A stretch of 64,000 bases of DNA from a virus (IMGVR_UViG_3300044619_001118:10284-74283), one strand, 5' to 3'; shown: positions 30,426 to 39,990, counted from the first letter of the stretch. Numbers and translations: made by a program. The notes: a model not told the origin generated them from the letters alone.

Positions 30426-31256
30426 ATGAAGAAGGTTAAACACTCAAAATTTAAAAATACTGGTATGTTATTTGAGCTTTTAGCAAGACAGATAACATCG
30501 GACATCATATCTACAAACGAGTCCGTAGCCACAAATATTCTCAAGAAGTTCTTTGGTAAAAATAGTGAACTTTTAAAGGAGTATGGTCTTTATAAAACAT
30601 TGTGTGATGAAAAATTTTCTTCGGATTCAAAGGCAACAATGCTCATCGAAGCAGTATTGAAGGCAAGAAAGAAATTGGATAAAACGAAATTGAGAGAAGA
30701 AAAATATCAATTGATTAAATCGATTAATGAAAATTTCAATATCAATTCATTCTTTCAAACGAAAGTTGGGAATTACAAACTTCTTGCTTCTATTTACAAA
30801 ATCTTTGAATATAGTGAGATAGAAAATCCAACGGAAATAACACGTTCAAAGATAACGATTATCGAAAATATGACATCGGAAAATCGTAGTAGATTAACAG
30901 AAGATGTTGCTGGTATTAGAAACGAGCCAAAAGAAATTCGTTTATTATCATATAAGATACTCGTCGAGAAGTTCAATCAGAAATATGGTGAACTCTCCCA
31001 AGAACAAAAAGCAGTTCTTCGTGAATATATCGGAAACGTAAGTAATACGAATAATTTAAAAGAGTTCTTGAAGACAGAAGCTATTAGAGTTCAAGATGTC
31101 TTAACGAAAAAAGTAAAGAACGTTAAAGACAAATCTTTGAAGATAAAATTGGCAGAGGTTATTAATCTTCTTAATGAATATAAGACGATAAAGAACGTAG
31201 AAGAAAATCACGTATCTGCTCTATTAAGATATTATAGTTTAATTGACGATTTATAA
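30426..31256 (+). CDS. Head-module hypothetical protein
   Basis: KHSKFKNTGMLFELLARQITSD start, helical. Late motif at 30386-30394. Confidence 0.7.
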   Translation: MKKVKHSKFKNTGMLFELLARQITSDIISTNESVATNILKKFFGKNSELLKEYGLYKTLCDEKFSSDSKATMLIEAVLKARKKLDKTKLREEKYQLIKSINENFNINSFFQTKVGNYKLLASIYKIFEYSEIENPTEITRSKITIIENMTSENRSRLTEDVAGIRNEPKEIRLLSYKILVEKFNQKYGELSQEQKAVLREYIGNVSNTNNLKEFLKTEAIRVQDVLTKKVKNVKDKSLKIKLAEVINLLNEYKTIKNVEENHVSALLRYYSLIDDL

Positions 31257-31268
31257 GTGGAGTAAATA

Positions 31269-31589
31269 ATGCCAGATGTAAATGAAATACATCCGTATAA
31301 CTATGGTTCAAACCAAGCATCGGACTTCGAAAGAAAAGGACACCCAGGAAAATTTTTATTCTCGATTACTTGTACTTCCGGTACAACTAATTTTACTGGC
31401 TCCAATTATGGCGTTGGTGGGGTAATTGTCCCTGCTGGAACAATCGGAACAGCTTCACTTTCAGCCGGCGGTGTGATACCACTTTCGATTCTTACTGGTA
31501 GTATCGGTGTAGTTGAACTTTCACTTTCAAGTGTTAAAGTTGATTCTGGAACAGTATATGCTTTAATTCGTAATCAAATGATTAGGTAA
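31269..31589 (+). CDS. Small structural protein (possible head decoration)
   Basis: 106 aa, beta-rich, TGS/TAS motifs, GGAG RBS. Confidence 0.5.
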   Translation: MPDVNEIHPYNYGSNQASDFERKGHPGKFLFSITCTSGTTNFTGSNYGVGGVIVPAGTIGTASLSAGGVIPLSILTGSIGVVELSLSSVKVDSGTVYALIRNQMIR

Positions 31590-31593
31590 TCAT

Positions 31594-32091
31594 ATGAACA
31601 TAAAAGAATTCATACAGAAACTTAAAGAATCCGAAGATTATAAAAAGTTTAAAGGCGAAATGTCTGAAATGAGTGTGACAGGTGCCGTTGCTGGTTATGA
31701 TACTCCAAAAGCATTTGCACCTTCTGAAAAGGAATTTGAGGCTCATAGTAAAGAAACAGCCGAAGTTTATGGATATACAGTTGTACCTAAACAGAAAAAG
31801 AAAAATTTCGAATCAACATATGTCCAAGCAATAAAGTCATTGACAGAGGCATCATACAAATCATATAAGACAGATGAAACACGCACTGTTAACGCAAAAA
31901 TTAATCAGTCAATTAAAGAAATAAACCGTGCGATTTATGAAATTGAACGTGTTGTTAATCATGCTTCGAGATTAAAAACAGAAATGGCAGTTGACCAACG
32001 TACTCTTTGGTCATCTTCACATTCACGTCTTCATAAAATTGGTGAACGTTTAAATAGAATTGGTAAAAAAATAAACGAATTAGGTGCTTAA
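31594..32091 (+). CDS. Head-module hypothetical protein
   Basis: GYDTPKAF motif and a coiled-coil C-terminus. Confidence 0.65.
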   Translation: MNIKEFIQKLKESEDYKKFKGEMSEMSVTGAVAGYDTPKAFAPSEKEFEAHSKETAEVYGYTVVPKQKKKNFESTYVQAIKSLTEASYKSYKTDETRTVNAKINQSIKEINRAIYEIERVVNHASRLKTEMAVDQRTLWSSSHSRLHKIGERLNRIGKKINELGA

Positions 32092-32092
32092 A

Positions 32093-32767
32093 ATGAAACA
32101 ATTACTCATAGATACAATACTTTTTAACGTTGACCCAAAACAACTAAACGAGTCTTCACGGGAAAACAATGGAAAGGTTATTGTAACTGGTGTTTTACAA
32201 AGAGCGGAAGCTAAAAATCAAAATGGTCGTGTTTATCCAAAACAAATTTTGATGCGTGAAGTTACAAAGTATCAAAATAATCAAGTAAAAGAAAACAGAG
32301 CTCTCGGTGAACTTGACCACCCAGATTCATCAGTTGTAAACCTCCGTAACGTTTCACATAATGTGTTGGAATGTTATTGGAAGGGAAATGATGTTATGGG
32401 TAAAGTTGAGATTTTACCAACACCATCGGGTAACATTCTTAAAAACCTTCTTCAAGCCGGTATTCGTCTTGGTATCTCATCAAGAGGACTTGGTTCGGTA
32501 AAAGAGATAAATGAAAACACAGTAGAAGTTCAAGATGATTTTGAATTAATTGGATGGGATTTTGTTTCGAATCCATCAACACAAGGTGCATTTATGTACC
32601 CAGCCGGTGGTGGTGAAGTTGTTGGTGAGGGTCTTATCAAAGAAGGTGTCAGTATGAACACTATTAAAAAAATTGACCCAAAAATCAAACGTATAAACGA
32701 GAATATAACAAATATCATCTGTGAAATTGGTAATGTATGTGAATGTATATTCGATGGAGATAAATAA
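32093..32767 (+). CDS. gp21: Prohead core protease (T4 gp21-like)
   Basis: KNQNGRVYP, ALGELDHP, VSH, GISSRGLGS, WDFVSNPS. Confidence 0.93.
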   Translation: MKQLLIDTILFNVDPKQLNESSRENNGKVIVTGVLQRAEAKNQNGRVYPKQILMREVTKYQNNQVKENRALGELDHPDSSVVNLRNVSHNVLECYWKGNDVMGKVEILPTPSGNILKNLLQAGIRLGISSRGLGSVKEINENTVEVQDDFELIGWDFVSNPSTQGAFMYPAGGGEVVGEGLIKEGVSMNTIKKIDPKIKRINENITNIICEIGNVCECIFDGDK

Positions 32768-33384
32768 TGCCAGCAGTATCGCAACAACAGCAAAAAATTA
32801 TGGGACTTGCTCTTGCTTATAAGAGAGGTCAAGTTCCTGCATCAAAAGTTAGTGCTCAAGTAAAGCAAATTGCAAAATCGATGACTGAAAAAGAACTTGA
32901 AAAATATGCCGGCACAGAACACAAAGGTCTTCCAAAGAAGGTCGGTGAAAACAAGAAAGCCATGACTGAACTTAAAAAGATGATTGCAAAGGCAGTAAAC
33001 GAAGTTATCAAAGAAGGTATTTCACAAGACCCACCAAAAGACCCGATTCTAACACCAGAACAAAAGAAGAGATATATTGAATCGATTGCAAAATTCAATG
33101 AGTATGGTGATTCGATTTATCGTGGTGGTGATTTGAAAAAAGTTTACAAGGAAATTAAAGAAGCAGTTTCTTTTGCTTCAAAAAACATAGTCGAAGAATC
33201 AGGTGATTGGTTTGACCAAGTAACTCTCGGAAGACATTCTAAAAAACTATCAGAATCCCTTAAAATATTTGAAAAGACGATAACAGAGGCAATTAAATTA
33301 CAACAACGTCTTGAATCGGTATATGAAGATATGGGACAAACTCTGAACAAGTATTACGAAATCAAAGATATTAAAAAGAAATAA
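32767..33384 (+). CDS. Hypothetical protein with DUF3008-like N-terminus
   Basis: MPAVSQQQQKIMGLALAYKRG...MTEKELEKYA.T.HKGLPKKV. Confidence 0.6.
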   Translation: MPAVSQQQQKIMGLALAYKRGQVPASKVSAQVKQIAKSMTEKELEKYAGTEHKGLPKKVGENKKAMTELKKMIAKAVNEVIKEGISQDPPKDPILTPEQKKRYIESIAKFNEYGDSIYRGGDLKKVYKEIKEAVSFASKNIVEESGDWFDQVTLGRHSKKLSESLKIFEKTITEAIKLQQRLESVYEDMGQTLNKYYEIKDIKKK

Positions 33385-33399
33385 AAAAGGAAAAAGGTT

Positions 33400-33627
33400 A
33401 TGGGTGATTATTACAGTGCTAATCCAAAGACGGCACACGTCAAGGTTAAAGGAAATGGAATGAATATCGACCTTATGTTAAAGATATTCAAAAGAAAGGT
33501 GAAGGAAAGTGGTATTCTCGAAGAGTATAAGAGTAGAACAGAATACATCAAACCTTCTGAAAAAAAGAAAGATAAACGAAACGCCTCTCGGAAGAGACAA
33601 AGAAAGCTTGACCGAGAACAAGAATAA
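33400..33627 (+). CDS. rpsU: Phage-encoded ribosomal protein bS21
   Basis: 75-aa basic protein: VKV....NID.MLK.FKRKVKESGILEEYKSR.EYIKPSEKK...R. Confidence 0.88.
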   Translation: MGDYYSANPKTAHVKVKGNGMNIDLMLKIFKRKVKESGILEEYKSRTEYIKPSEKKKDKRNASRKRQRKLDREQE

Positions 33628-33641
33628 CTAACTCGGTTAAT

Positions 33642-34790
33642 ATGATACGACTAAAAAACATACTACTGGAAGAACCAAAATCGCCAAGTGAAGACCCCGA
33701 TAAAATGCTTGTGAAGAACAAGGAAAGCGGGAAGTCGTATTATATTAGTAAAGCAAGTTTCGACCCTTCGATTCACGAAAAACCAGAAGAAAAAAAGAAA
33801 AAGAAAAAAGAAGAACCTTCCACACCTAAAAAAGAAAAAGGTGGTGGTGGTGGTTTAATGGATAAATTAAAGGCCGAGAAGGAAAAATCTTCATCTGGTG
33901 AAGAAGAAGAAAAGCCGGAAGAGAAAAAAGAAACACCGTCTCAAAAGTTAGAAAAGAAACTCGGTTCTTTTGTCTTTGTTGATGAAAAAGAAAAAGAGGA
34001 AATTGCCGACGATGCTCGGAGTATGAGACCCGACCTCAAAGAAAAACTATTGAAATTCGATTTCACATCATTTTTCAGAGAGTATGATTCTTTAATGGAC
34101 ACACTCGGTGACCAACAGGATAAGAAAGATAACGAAGGTGCAAAAGAAACTGTTATCGCAATAAGAAAAGCTGCTAAGAGGATTCAAGGTGTTGCCATTG
34201 CAAAATTGGCAGCACTTTCTACATTCAAAAATGACCCCGAAGTAATAACTGCTTCAAAATATTATCATAATGATTCTACAAGTATAAATGAATTCTTACG
34301 CCAAGGTGGTGAAATAAATTGGTCTTTGGAGGATTTGAAGAAGACATTAGATACACCAAATGCAAAAGAAAAATTTCCACTAAAATATAAGATGTATAAT
34401 GTCCTAACTTTGGATAATCATTTTAAAACAGATGGTGCTAAACTACAAAACGATACTGTTGTTTATCGTGGTGTAAAGGATGATATTTTGAAAAAATTTG
34501 TTGAATCTGGTGAGTGGGTTGATAATGGATTTGTTTCAACTTCACTTAATCCACTTATTGCCGAAGATTTTACAGATAGAAATTTGACAACGGGTAACAG
34601 AAAAGCAAGAACACCGATATTCAAAATAAACTTAAAACGAGGAAACCCCGTACTTATGTTACCTTGTTCAGAAGATGAATTTTGTATTGAATCAGAAATA
34701 ACACTTCCTCGTGGTTGTAAATTTACAATAACGGGTAAAGACGAAGAAAAGAACATTTACGATATATCAGTGGAGTTTCCAAATGCCTGA
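33642..34790 (+). CDS. R-S-E class ADP-ribosyltransferase (VIP2/Alt-like)
   Basis: IN..LR helix, VVYRGV (R), GFVSTSL (STS), ESEITLPRG (ExE). Confidence 0.85.
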   Translation: MIRLKNILLEEPKSPSEDPDKMLVKNKESGKSYYISKASFDPSIHEKPEEKKKKKKEEPSTPKKEKGGGGGLMDKLKAEKEKSSSGEEEEKPEEKKETPSQKLEKKLGSFVFVDEKEKEEIADDARSMRPDLKEKLLKFDFTSFFREYDSLMDTLGDQQDKKDNEGAKETVIAIRKAAKRIQGVAIAKLAALSTFKNDPEVITASKYYHNDSTSINEFLRQGGEINWSLEDLKKTLDTPNAKEKFPLKYKMYNVLTLDNHFKTDGAKLQNDTVVYRGVKDDILKKFVESGEWVDNGFVSTSLNPLIAEDFTDRNLTTGNRKARTPIFKINLKRGNPVLMLPCSEDEFCIESEITLPRGCKFTITGKDEEKNIYDISVEFPNA

Positions 34791-34956
34791 TAACAAACAA
34801 GAAGAAAAACCAAAACGTGTAGAAAGATTCATCTATTCAGAAGATGATGTTAATCACATTTTTAAGTTGGGAAAAACTGGTGGTGTATTTGATAAAGAAA
34901 AATCAAATATTTTACTAAAAAACTTAGTTCCAACCACAAAAAAATCGAATAAATAA
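34783..34956 (+). CDS. Small hypothetical protein, 57 aa (absent from the ORF track)
   Basis: MPDNKQEEKPKRVERFIYSEDDVNHIFKLGKTGG...ILLKNLVPTTKKSNK. GGAG upstream, overlaps the ART stop (ATGCCTGA). Confidence 0.55.
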   Translation: MPDNKQEEKPKRVERFIYSEDDVNHIFKLGKTGGVFDKEKSNILLKNLVPTTKKSNK

Positions 34957-35064
34957 TTCTGTTACTTATATTTATTTATACAATACTCTATCTCTTATAG
35001 AGTCAATTATTATTTTTACTGTTGATTAGAGTTCTTAATAACTTTAAAATTGTTGGAGATTTTT

Positions 35065-36075
35065 ATGACAGACCTATTGAAAGAAGCAATCGCAGATGCA
35101 AAGGCAGTACGTGAAGTCGCACTTGCTAATGCTAAGCTTGCTTTGGAAGAAGCTTTCACTCCACGTTTACAATCAATGATTGCATCTAAACTTTCAGAAG
35201 AAGCCGAAGAGGAAGAAATGGAAGAAGGTGAATCACACGATGAAGAAACAATGGAAGAAGGAGACGAAGAAGAGGCACCTGAAATGGAAGAAGGTGAATC
35301 AGAAGAAGAAACGGTAGAAGAAGAATTTGGTGATGATTGGTTTGAAGAAGAGCCAGGTTCTATGGCAGAAGCCGAAGAAGAAGAAGAGTCACCAAAGATG
35401 GAAGAAGGTGAAGATGAAGAAGAGCCAATGGACGAAGATTTGATGGAAATTATCCGTCAACTCGAAGAAGATATGGATTCATCTGAAATCGGAACTGGCG
35501 ATAACAAGCAACCATCAAAGTATGCTTCTGATGATTCAACAGAAGACAAGAAAGAAAAACTTGTTCAGATGGTTGAAGGTGAAGACGCTCCTGCTGAAGA
35601 AAAGCCAGCCGAAGTAGAAGAAGAGTTTGATATTCAAGAAATTCTCCGTGCTCTTCGTGAAGAAGAAGGTGAAGAAGAAAAGGTTGAAGAAGGTGAAGAA
35701 GGTGAAGAAGAAAAGGAAATGGCAGAATCTAAGCTTCAAGAAGCATATGCTGTTATTCAATTCCTTCGTGAAAAGATTAATGAAGTTAATCTTCTTAATT
35801 CAAAGCTTCTTTTCTCTAACAAGCTTTTCCGCTCACACGCACTTACTGAATCACAAAAGATGACGGTTATTGAGAATTTCGATCGTGCAAAGAGCTTACG
35901 TGAAGTCAAGTTGGTTTATGCAACACTTGCTGAATCATTAAAGACATCAAAGGTTAAGCAGCTTAAAGAGTCATTTGCTAGCAAGCCAATTGCAAGCACA
36001 CGTCCATCAAAGGCTATTCTTAGTGAAGGCAATGAGATGGCATCAAGATTAAGAAAATTAGCAGGTTTAAAGTAA
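35065..36075 (+). CDS. Prohead scaffold (T4 gp22-like position)
   Basis: MTDLLKEAIADAKAVR start, very Glu-rich middle, NEVNLLNSKLL, ends RLRKLAGLK. Directly upstream of the capsid gene. Confidence 0.8.
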   Translation: MTDLLKEAIADAKAVREVALANAKLALEEAFTPRLQSMIASKLSEEAEEEEMEEGESHDEETMEEGDEEEAPEMEEGESEEETVEEEFGDDWFEEEPGSMAEAEEEEESPKMEEGEDEEEPMDEDLMEIIRQLEEDMDSSEIGTGDNKQPSKYASDDSTEDKKEKLVQMVEGEDAPAEEKPAEVEEEFDIQEILRALREEEGEEEKVEEGEEGEEEKEMAESKLQEAYAVIQFLREKINEVNLLNSKLLFSNKLFRSHALTESQKMTVIENFDRAKSLREVKLVYATLAESLKTSKVKQLKESFASKPIASTRPSKAILSEGNEMASRLRKLAGLK

Positions 36076-36098
36076 CAATTTTTATTGGAGATATATAA

Positions 36099-37733
36099 AT
36101 GAGTATTCAACAACTTTTAGGTGCTTCTGCGAATCCGCACAAGCGTCTTATTGAAGAAAACCGTGGCACAGTTAAGAAGTGGGAAAAGACAGGACTTCTT
36201 GACGGCATCGGTAGCGACTATGAAAAGAACTCGATTGCAGTTCTTCTCGAAAACCAAGCAAAGCAACTTATCGACGAATCATCACGTACAGGTACATCAG
36301 CAGGTTCAGAAGAATGGGCTGGCGTTGCTCTCCCACTCGTTCGTCGTATTTTCTCTGAAATCGCAGCAAAGGATTTCGTTTCTGTTCAACCTATGAACCT
36401 TCCTTCAGGTCTCGTGTTCTTCCTTGACTTCAAGTACGGAACAGCACAACCTGGTTTCACAACTGGTGCTGGTAAGGATTCACAAACTGACTCTGTATTC
36501 GGTGTAACTGGTAAAGAAGCTAAGGGTGTTGACCCATCTGGTGGTCTTTACGGTGCAGGTCGATTTGGTTATTCTATCAACGAAGCTCAAGTTGTTCTCT
36601 CAAAGGCAACTGCACTTTCTGCAACAGAATTCGTAACAGGTTCGGTAACACACGCAACACCAACACTTTGGCAGAATGACACACGTTTCCAAAACACATA
36701 CTCAGCATCACTTGCTGCTGGAAACATCATGTCTATCACAGTTTCTTCTGGGTCTCTCTTAAACGAAGATGTTGAAGCAATTCGTGCATTCAAGGTTTCT
36801 GGTTCAACAATTCTTGGTTACTTCCCACAGTTCACATACGCAAATGCAAATGATTCACAAATCACATTTATCGTATCGGCTTCTGCTGCTCCTGCAACAG
36901 TTGGTGTTGCTTACGAAAAGCAACCAACATCAACAACTCGTGGTGACTTCGAAGACACAACAGGTGCAGACGTAAACATTCCAGAAATCAACCTTGAACT
37001 TCGTTCTGAGTCAATCGTGGCTAAGACACGCAAGTTGAAGGCTGTATGGACACCGGAATTCGCACAAGACTTGAACGCTTACCACTCAATCGATGCTGAA
37101 GCAGAATTGACATCGATGCTTTCTGAGTACATTTCACAAGAAATTGACCTCGAAATCCTCGATATGCTTATCAAGAACGCTCAGACAACAGAAAGATGGT
37201 CAGCTCGTATCGGTCGCACATATGATGGTAACACAAACACATTCGGTGACTACGCAACAAACCAAGCTGCAGCTTCGGCATTCAACCAACAAACATGGTT
37301 CCAAACACTTGGTACCAAGATTCAAAAGGTATCGAATGCTATCCACCAGAAGACACTTCGCGGTGGTGCTAACTTCCTCGTTTGTTCACCACAAGTTGCT
37401 ACAATCCTTGAATCAATTCCTGGATATGCAGTTGACGGTGAAGGTATGAAGTTTGCCATGGGTGTTCAGAAGGTTGGTCAACTTAACGGTCGTATCACAG
37501 TTTACAAGAACCCATATATGCTCGAAAATCAAATCCTTGTTGGTTTCCGTGGTAGCCAGTTCCTTGAAACAGGTGCGGTATATGCTCCTTACATCCCACT
37601 CGTGATGACACCGCTGGTCTATGACCCAACGAACTTCACACCACGTAAGGGTGTAATGACTCGCTACGCTAAGAAGATTGTCCGTCCAGAATTCTACGGT
37701 CTCATCCAAGTAGATTCTCTCGGTGACATATAA
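36099..37733 (+). CDS. gp23: Major capsid protein (T4 gp23-like)
   Basis: LLENQ, LPLVRR, VSVQPM..PSGLVF, AKTRKLKA.WT.E.AQDL.AYH.IDAE.EL, YAPYIPL, FTPRKGVMTRY. Confidence 0.97.
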   Translation: MSIQQLLGASANPHKRLIEENRGTVKKWEKTGLLDGIGSDYEKNSIAVLLENQAKQLIDESSRTGTSAGSEEWAGVALPLVRRIFSEIAAKDFVSVQPMNLPSGLVFFLDFKYGTAQPGFTTGAGKDSQTDSVFGVTGKEAKGVDPSGGLYGAGRFGYSINEAQVVLSKATALSATEFVTGSVTHATPTLWQNDTRFQNTYSASLAAGNIMSITVSSGSLLNEDVEAIRAFKVSGSTILGYFPQFTYANANDSQITFIVSASAAPATVGVAYEKQPTSTTRGDFEDTTGADVNIPEINLELRSESIVAKTRKLKAVWTPEFAQDLNAYHSIDAEAELTSMLSEYISQEIDLEILDMLIKNAQTTERWSARIGRTYDGNTNTFGDYATNQAAASAFNQQTWFQTLGTKIQKVSNAIHQKTLRGGANFLVCSPQVATILESIPGYAVDGEGMKFAMGVQKVGQLNGRITVYKNPYMLENQILVGFRGSQFLETGAVYAPYIPLVMTPLVYDPTNFTPRKGVMTRYAKKIVRPEFYGLIQVDSLGDI

Positions 37734-37760
37734 TCTATCTAACAAGATAGAAGTAATTTG

Positions 37761-37796
37761 AAAAAAGGAGTGAGAAATCACTCCTTTTTTCTTTTG
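37761..37796 (+). terminator. Rho-independent terminator after the capsid gene
   Basis: A6-GGAGTGA-GAAA-TCACTCC-T6. Confidence 0.9.
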
Positions 37797-37849
37797 TTAC
37801 TACATATTTATTTATAGTTAACTAAAACTATTATCATGGAGATTATCAT

Positions 37850-38593
37850 ATGTCAAGTTCAATACGTTTAAAAAATTTAGTTAAAGAAAATTCAATGCAG
37901 GCAGTTTTAAAAGAAACTCTGCAAAGATTGAATGAAGAAGATGTTGACCCGAAGGTTGAGGACGAAGTAGAAAAGGCATTTAAAGACGCAATGAATAAGG
38001 CAATGACTGATTTTTCTGCAGCTGGAAAAGAAGCTGAAAAGAAAACAGACGACGAAAATGCGGTTAAAGCTGCTCTTAAAAAGACACCGGAACTTGAAAA
38101 GGTAGCAAATGAATCACTTCGTAGACGTAATAAGGCGCTAATGGAAGGAAACATCAAAGAGCAACAAATAAATGAAATTGGTGTTCTTTTTGCAGTTTCT
38201 CTTGCAGTTGCAATACCACGTATAGTTGAACTTGTTGGTAAAGCTGTAAAAGTAATAACAATTGCTATGGGTGGAAAGGGGTCTGTTGGTGATAAACTCG
38301 AAAAGGCAGGACATAAGTGGCACGATGTTATCATCAAAATGCTCATGAAAGGTTTAACACTTATTCCTGGTTTTAAGGAATTACCACCCGATAAGCAAGA
38401 AAAGATTGCAAAAATCGCCCATACAGTTATTGTTGCTGGTTTGGCTGTTTATTCTGGTACACAAGCTGTTGACGCAGTTATACAAGGTAAATCAGCACTA
38501 GCTGGTGTAGAGGGAGCTCTCGCAGCAGTAAAAGCAGGAGAGTTGGGTATTACAAAATTTATTTCTGCCGCTATTGCAAAAATCTTAGGTTGA
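37850..38593 (+). CDS. Hypothetical protein with hydrophobic helices (possible internal or ejection protein)
   Basis: IRLKNLVKE N-terminus. Has its own late motif (37804-37812) and terminator. Confidence 0.6.
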   Translation: MSSSIRLKNLVKENSMQAVLKETLQRLNEEDVDPKVEDEVEKAFKDAMNKAMTDFSAAGKEAEKKTDDENAVKAALKKTPELEKVANESLRRRNKALMEGNIKEQQINEIGVLFAVSLAVAIPRIVELVGKAVKVITIAMGGKGSVGDKLEKAGHKWHDVIIKMLMKGLTLIPGFKELPPDKQEKIAKIAHTVIVAGLAVYSGTQAVDAVIQGKSALAGVEGALAAVKAGELGITKFISAAIAKILG

Positions 38594-38619
38594 TTATACT
38601 TAAAAATAATATACAAAAC

Positions 38620-38648
38620 AGGGTGGCTTCGGTCACCCTTTTTGTTTT
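38620..38648 (+). terminator. Rho-independent terminator with C(UUCG)G tetraloop
   Basis: AGGGTGGC-TTCG-GTCACCCT followed by a T tract. Confidence 0.9.
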
Positions 38649-38668
38649 AAGATAACTATTTATAGAAT

Positions 38669-39262
38669 ATGGAACTAGCAATCAACTACATACAGTTAAT
38701 CATATCGAGCACCGTTACACTCATCGGTGTGTTTCTCTCGTGGTTCCTAAAATACAAGTATGGCGAATATAAGCACAAAAAGATTAATCGTGAAATTTCT
38801 CAATCAAAACTTGTCCAAACAATTATAGAACAACAACTTGATGAATATGGTGCCCAACGTGCCTTTATTTTACAGCGTCACAACGGTGGTAAATATGGCA
38901 GTGGTCGTTCTATGAACAAACTATCCACAACATTTGAAGCACTAGAAGAAGGTGTGAGTACCGAATTTAAAGAATATCAAAATTTACCGATTTCACTTTA
39001 CTCTAATTTTATAGATACCGTTCAAAATGAACGTGCCATATTTCCAACTGTGGAATCCATAGATGATATTTTGACACGAGCATTTTTCATCCAACGAGGA
39101 ACTAAATCAGCTATCGTTTATCCTATATTAAAAGGTGTAGAATTAATCGGTATAGTTGGTTTTGAGTGGACACATAAAGTAGAAAAGAATATAGAACAAT
39201 CATATGTTCAGTATAAACAAGGCGGCAAAGTTATAGGAGAAACCCTTTCCAAATTATTGTAG
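38669..39262 (+). CDS. Single-TM protein with GAF-like domain, T4 holin T-like
   Basis: N-terminal TM, then RAFILQ.HNGG...SM.K.S..FE...GVS...QNLPISL...LIGIVGFEW. Confidence 0.55.
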   Translation: MELAINYIQLIISSTVTLIGVFLSWFLKYKYGEYKHKKINREISQSKLVQTIIEQQLDEYGAQRAFILQRHNGGKYGSGRSMNKLSTTFEALEEGVSTEFKEYQNLPISLYSNFIDTVQNERAIFPTVESIDDILTRAFFIQRGTKSAIVYPILKGVELIGIVGFEWTHKVEKNIEQSYVQYKQGGKVIGETLSKLL

Positions 39263-39270
39263 GAGTTTTT

Positions 39271-39990
39271 ATGATAAATGAAAATACAGAAGAGTACATT
39301 GATGAAGAAGTCGGCGGTATCGAAGTTTCTGGTATAAAGAAAGGGCGGAAACAAATAAAAAACAAGATACATTTCAACTTATCGTTGAATGCAGAACAAA
39401 AAGAAGTAAAGGCAAATATACTCAGAGACACCATCTCTGTTTTAACAGGAAAAGCTGGCTCTGGTAAAACACTTCTTGCAACACAAATTGCTCTTGAACA
39501 TCTATTCTATCGTGAAGTTGAAAGAATTATCATCACACGACCAACAGTTTCTAATGAAGATATTGGATTCTTACCGGGTGATATAAAGGAAAAGATGAAT
39601 CCGTGGGTTGCTCCAATCCATGCAAATATGTATATGTTATATGGTAAGCCAAAGATTGAAAAACTCATAAACGAAAACATAATTGAAATTGCACCGATTT
39701 CATTCCTTCGTGGTAGAACATTCGTAAATGCGTGTGTTATCGTCGATGAAGCACAGAACGTAACGAAATCACAGATGGAGATGATTCTTTCTCGTCTCGG
39801 TACAAATTCGAAGATGTTAATTTGTGGTGATGTTACACAAACTGATTTAAAGAATAAGAAAGACAGTGGTTTCCCATATTTATTTAATATGGTCAACTCT
39901 GTTCCTGGTCTTGGTGTATATGAATTAAAAACAAATCACCGCCATCCAATAGTTGACAATATATTGAATTATTTTGAAGAACAGAAATAA
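39271..39990 (+). CDS. phoH: PhoH-family ATPase
   Basis: GKAGSGKT, IGFLPGD..EKM.PW, FLRGRTF, DEAQN, GDVTQTD, HRHP. Confidence 0.95.
   Translation: MINENTEEYIDEEVGGIEVSGIKKGRKQIKNKIHFNLSLNAEQKEVKANILRDTISVLTGKAGSGKTLLATQIALEHLFYREVERIIITRPTVSNEDIGFLPGDIKEKMNPWVAPIHANMYMLYGKPKIEKLINENIIEIAPISFLRGRTFVNACVIVDEAQNVTKSQMEMILSRLGTNSKMLICGDVTQTDLKNKKDSGFPYLFNMVNSVPGLGVYELKTNHRHPIVDNILNYFEEQK

Noticed and set aside
26829-37733. Inteins or introns in terminase, portal or capsid genes
   Set aside because: Lengths and motif spacing look normal, with no intein or homing endonuclease signature.
39271-39990. PhoH as a novelty
   Set aside because: Common in large aquatic phages, so listed only as a feature.
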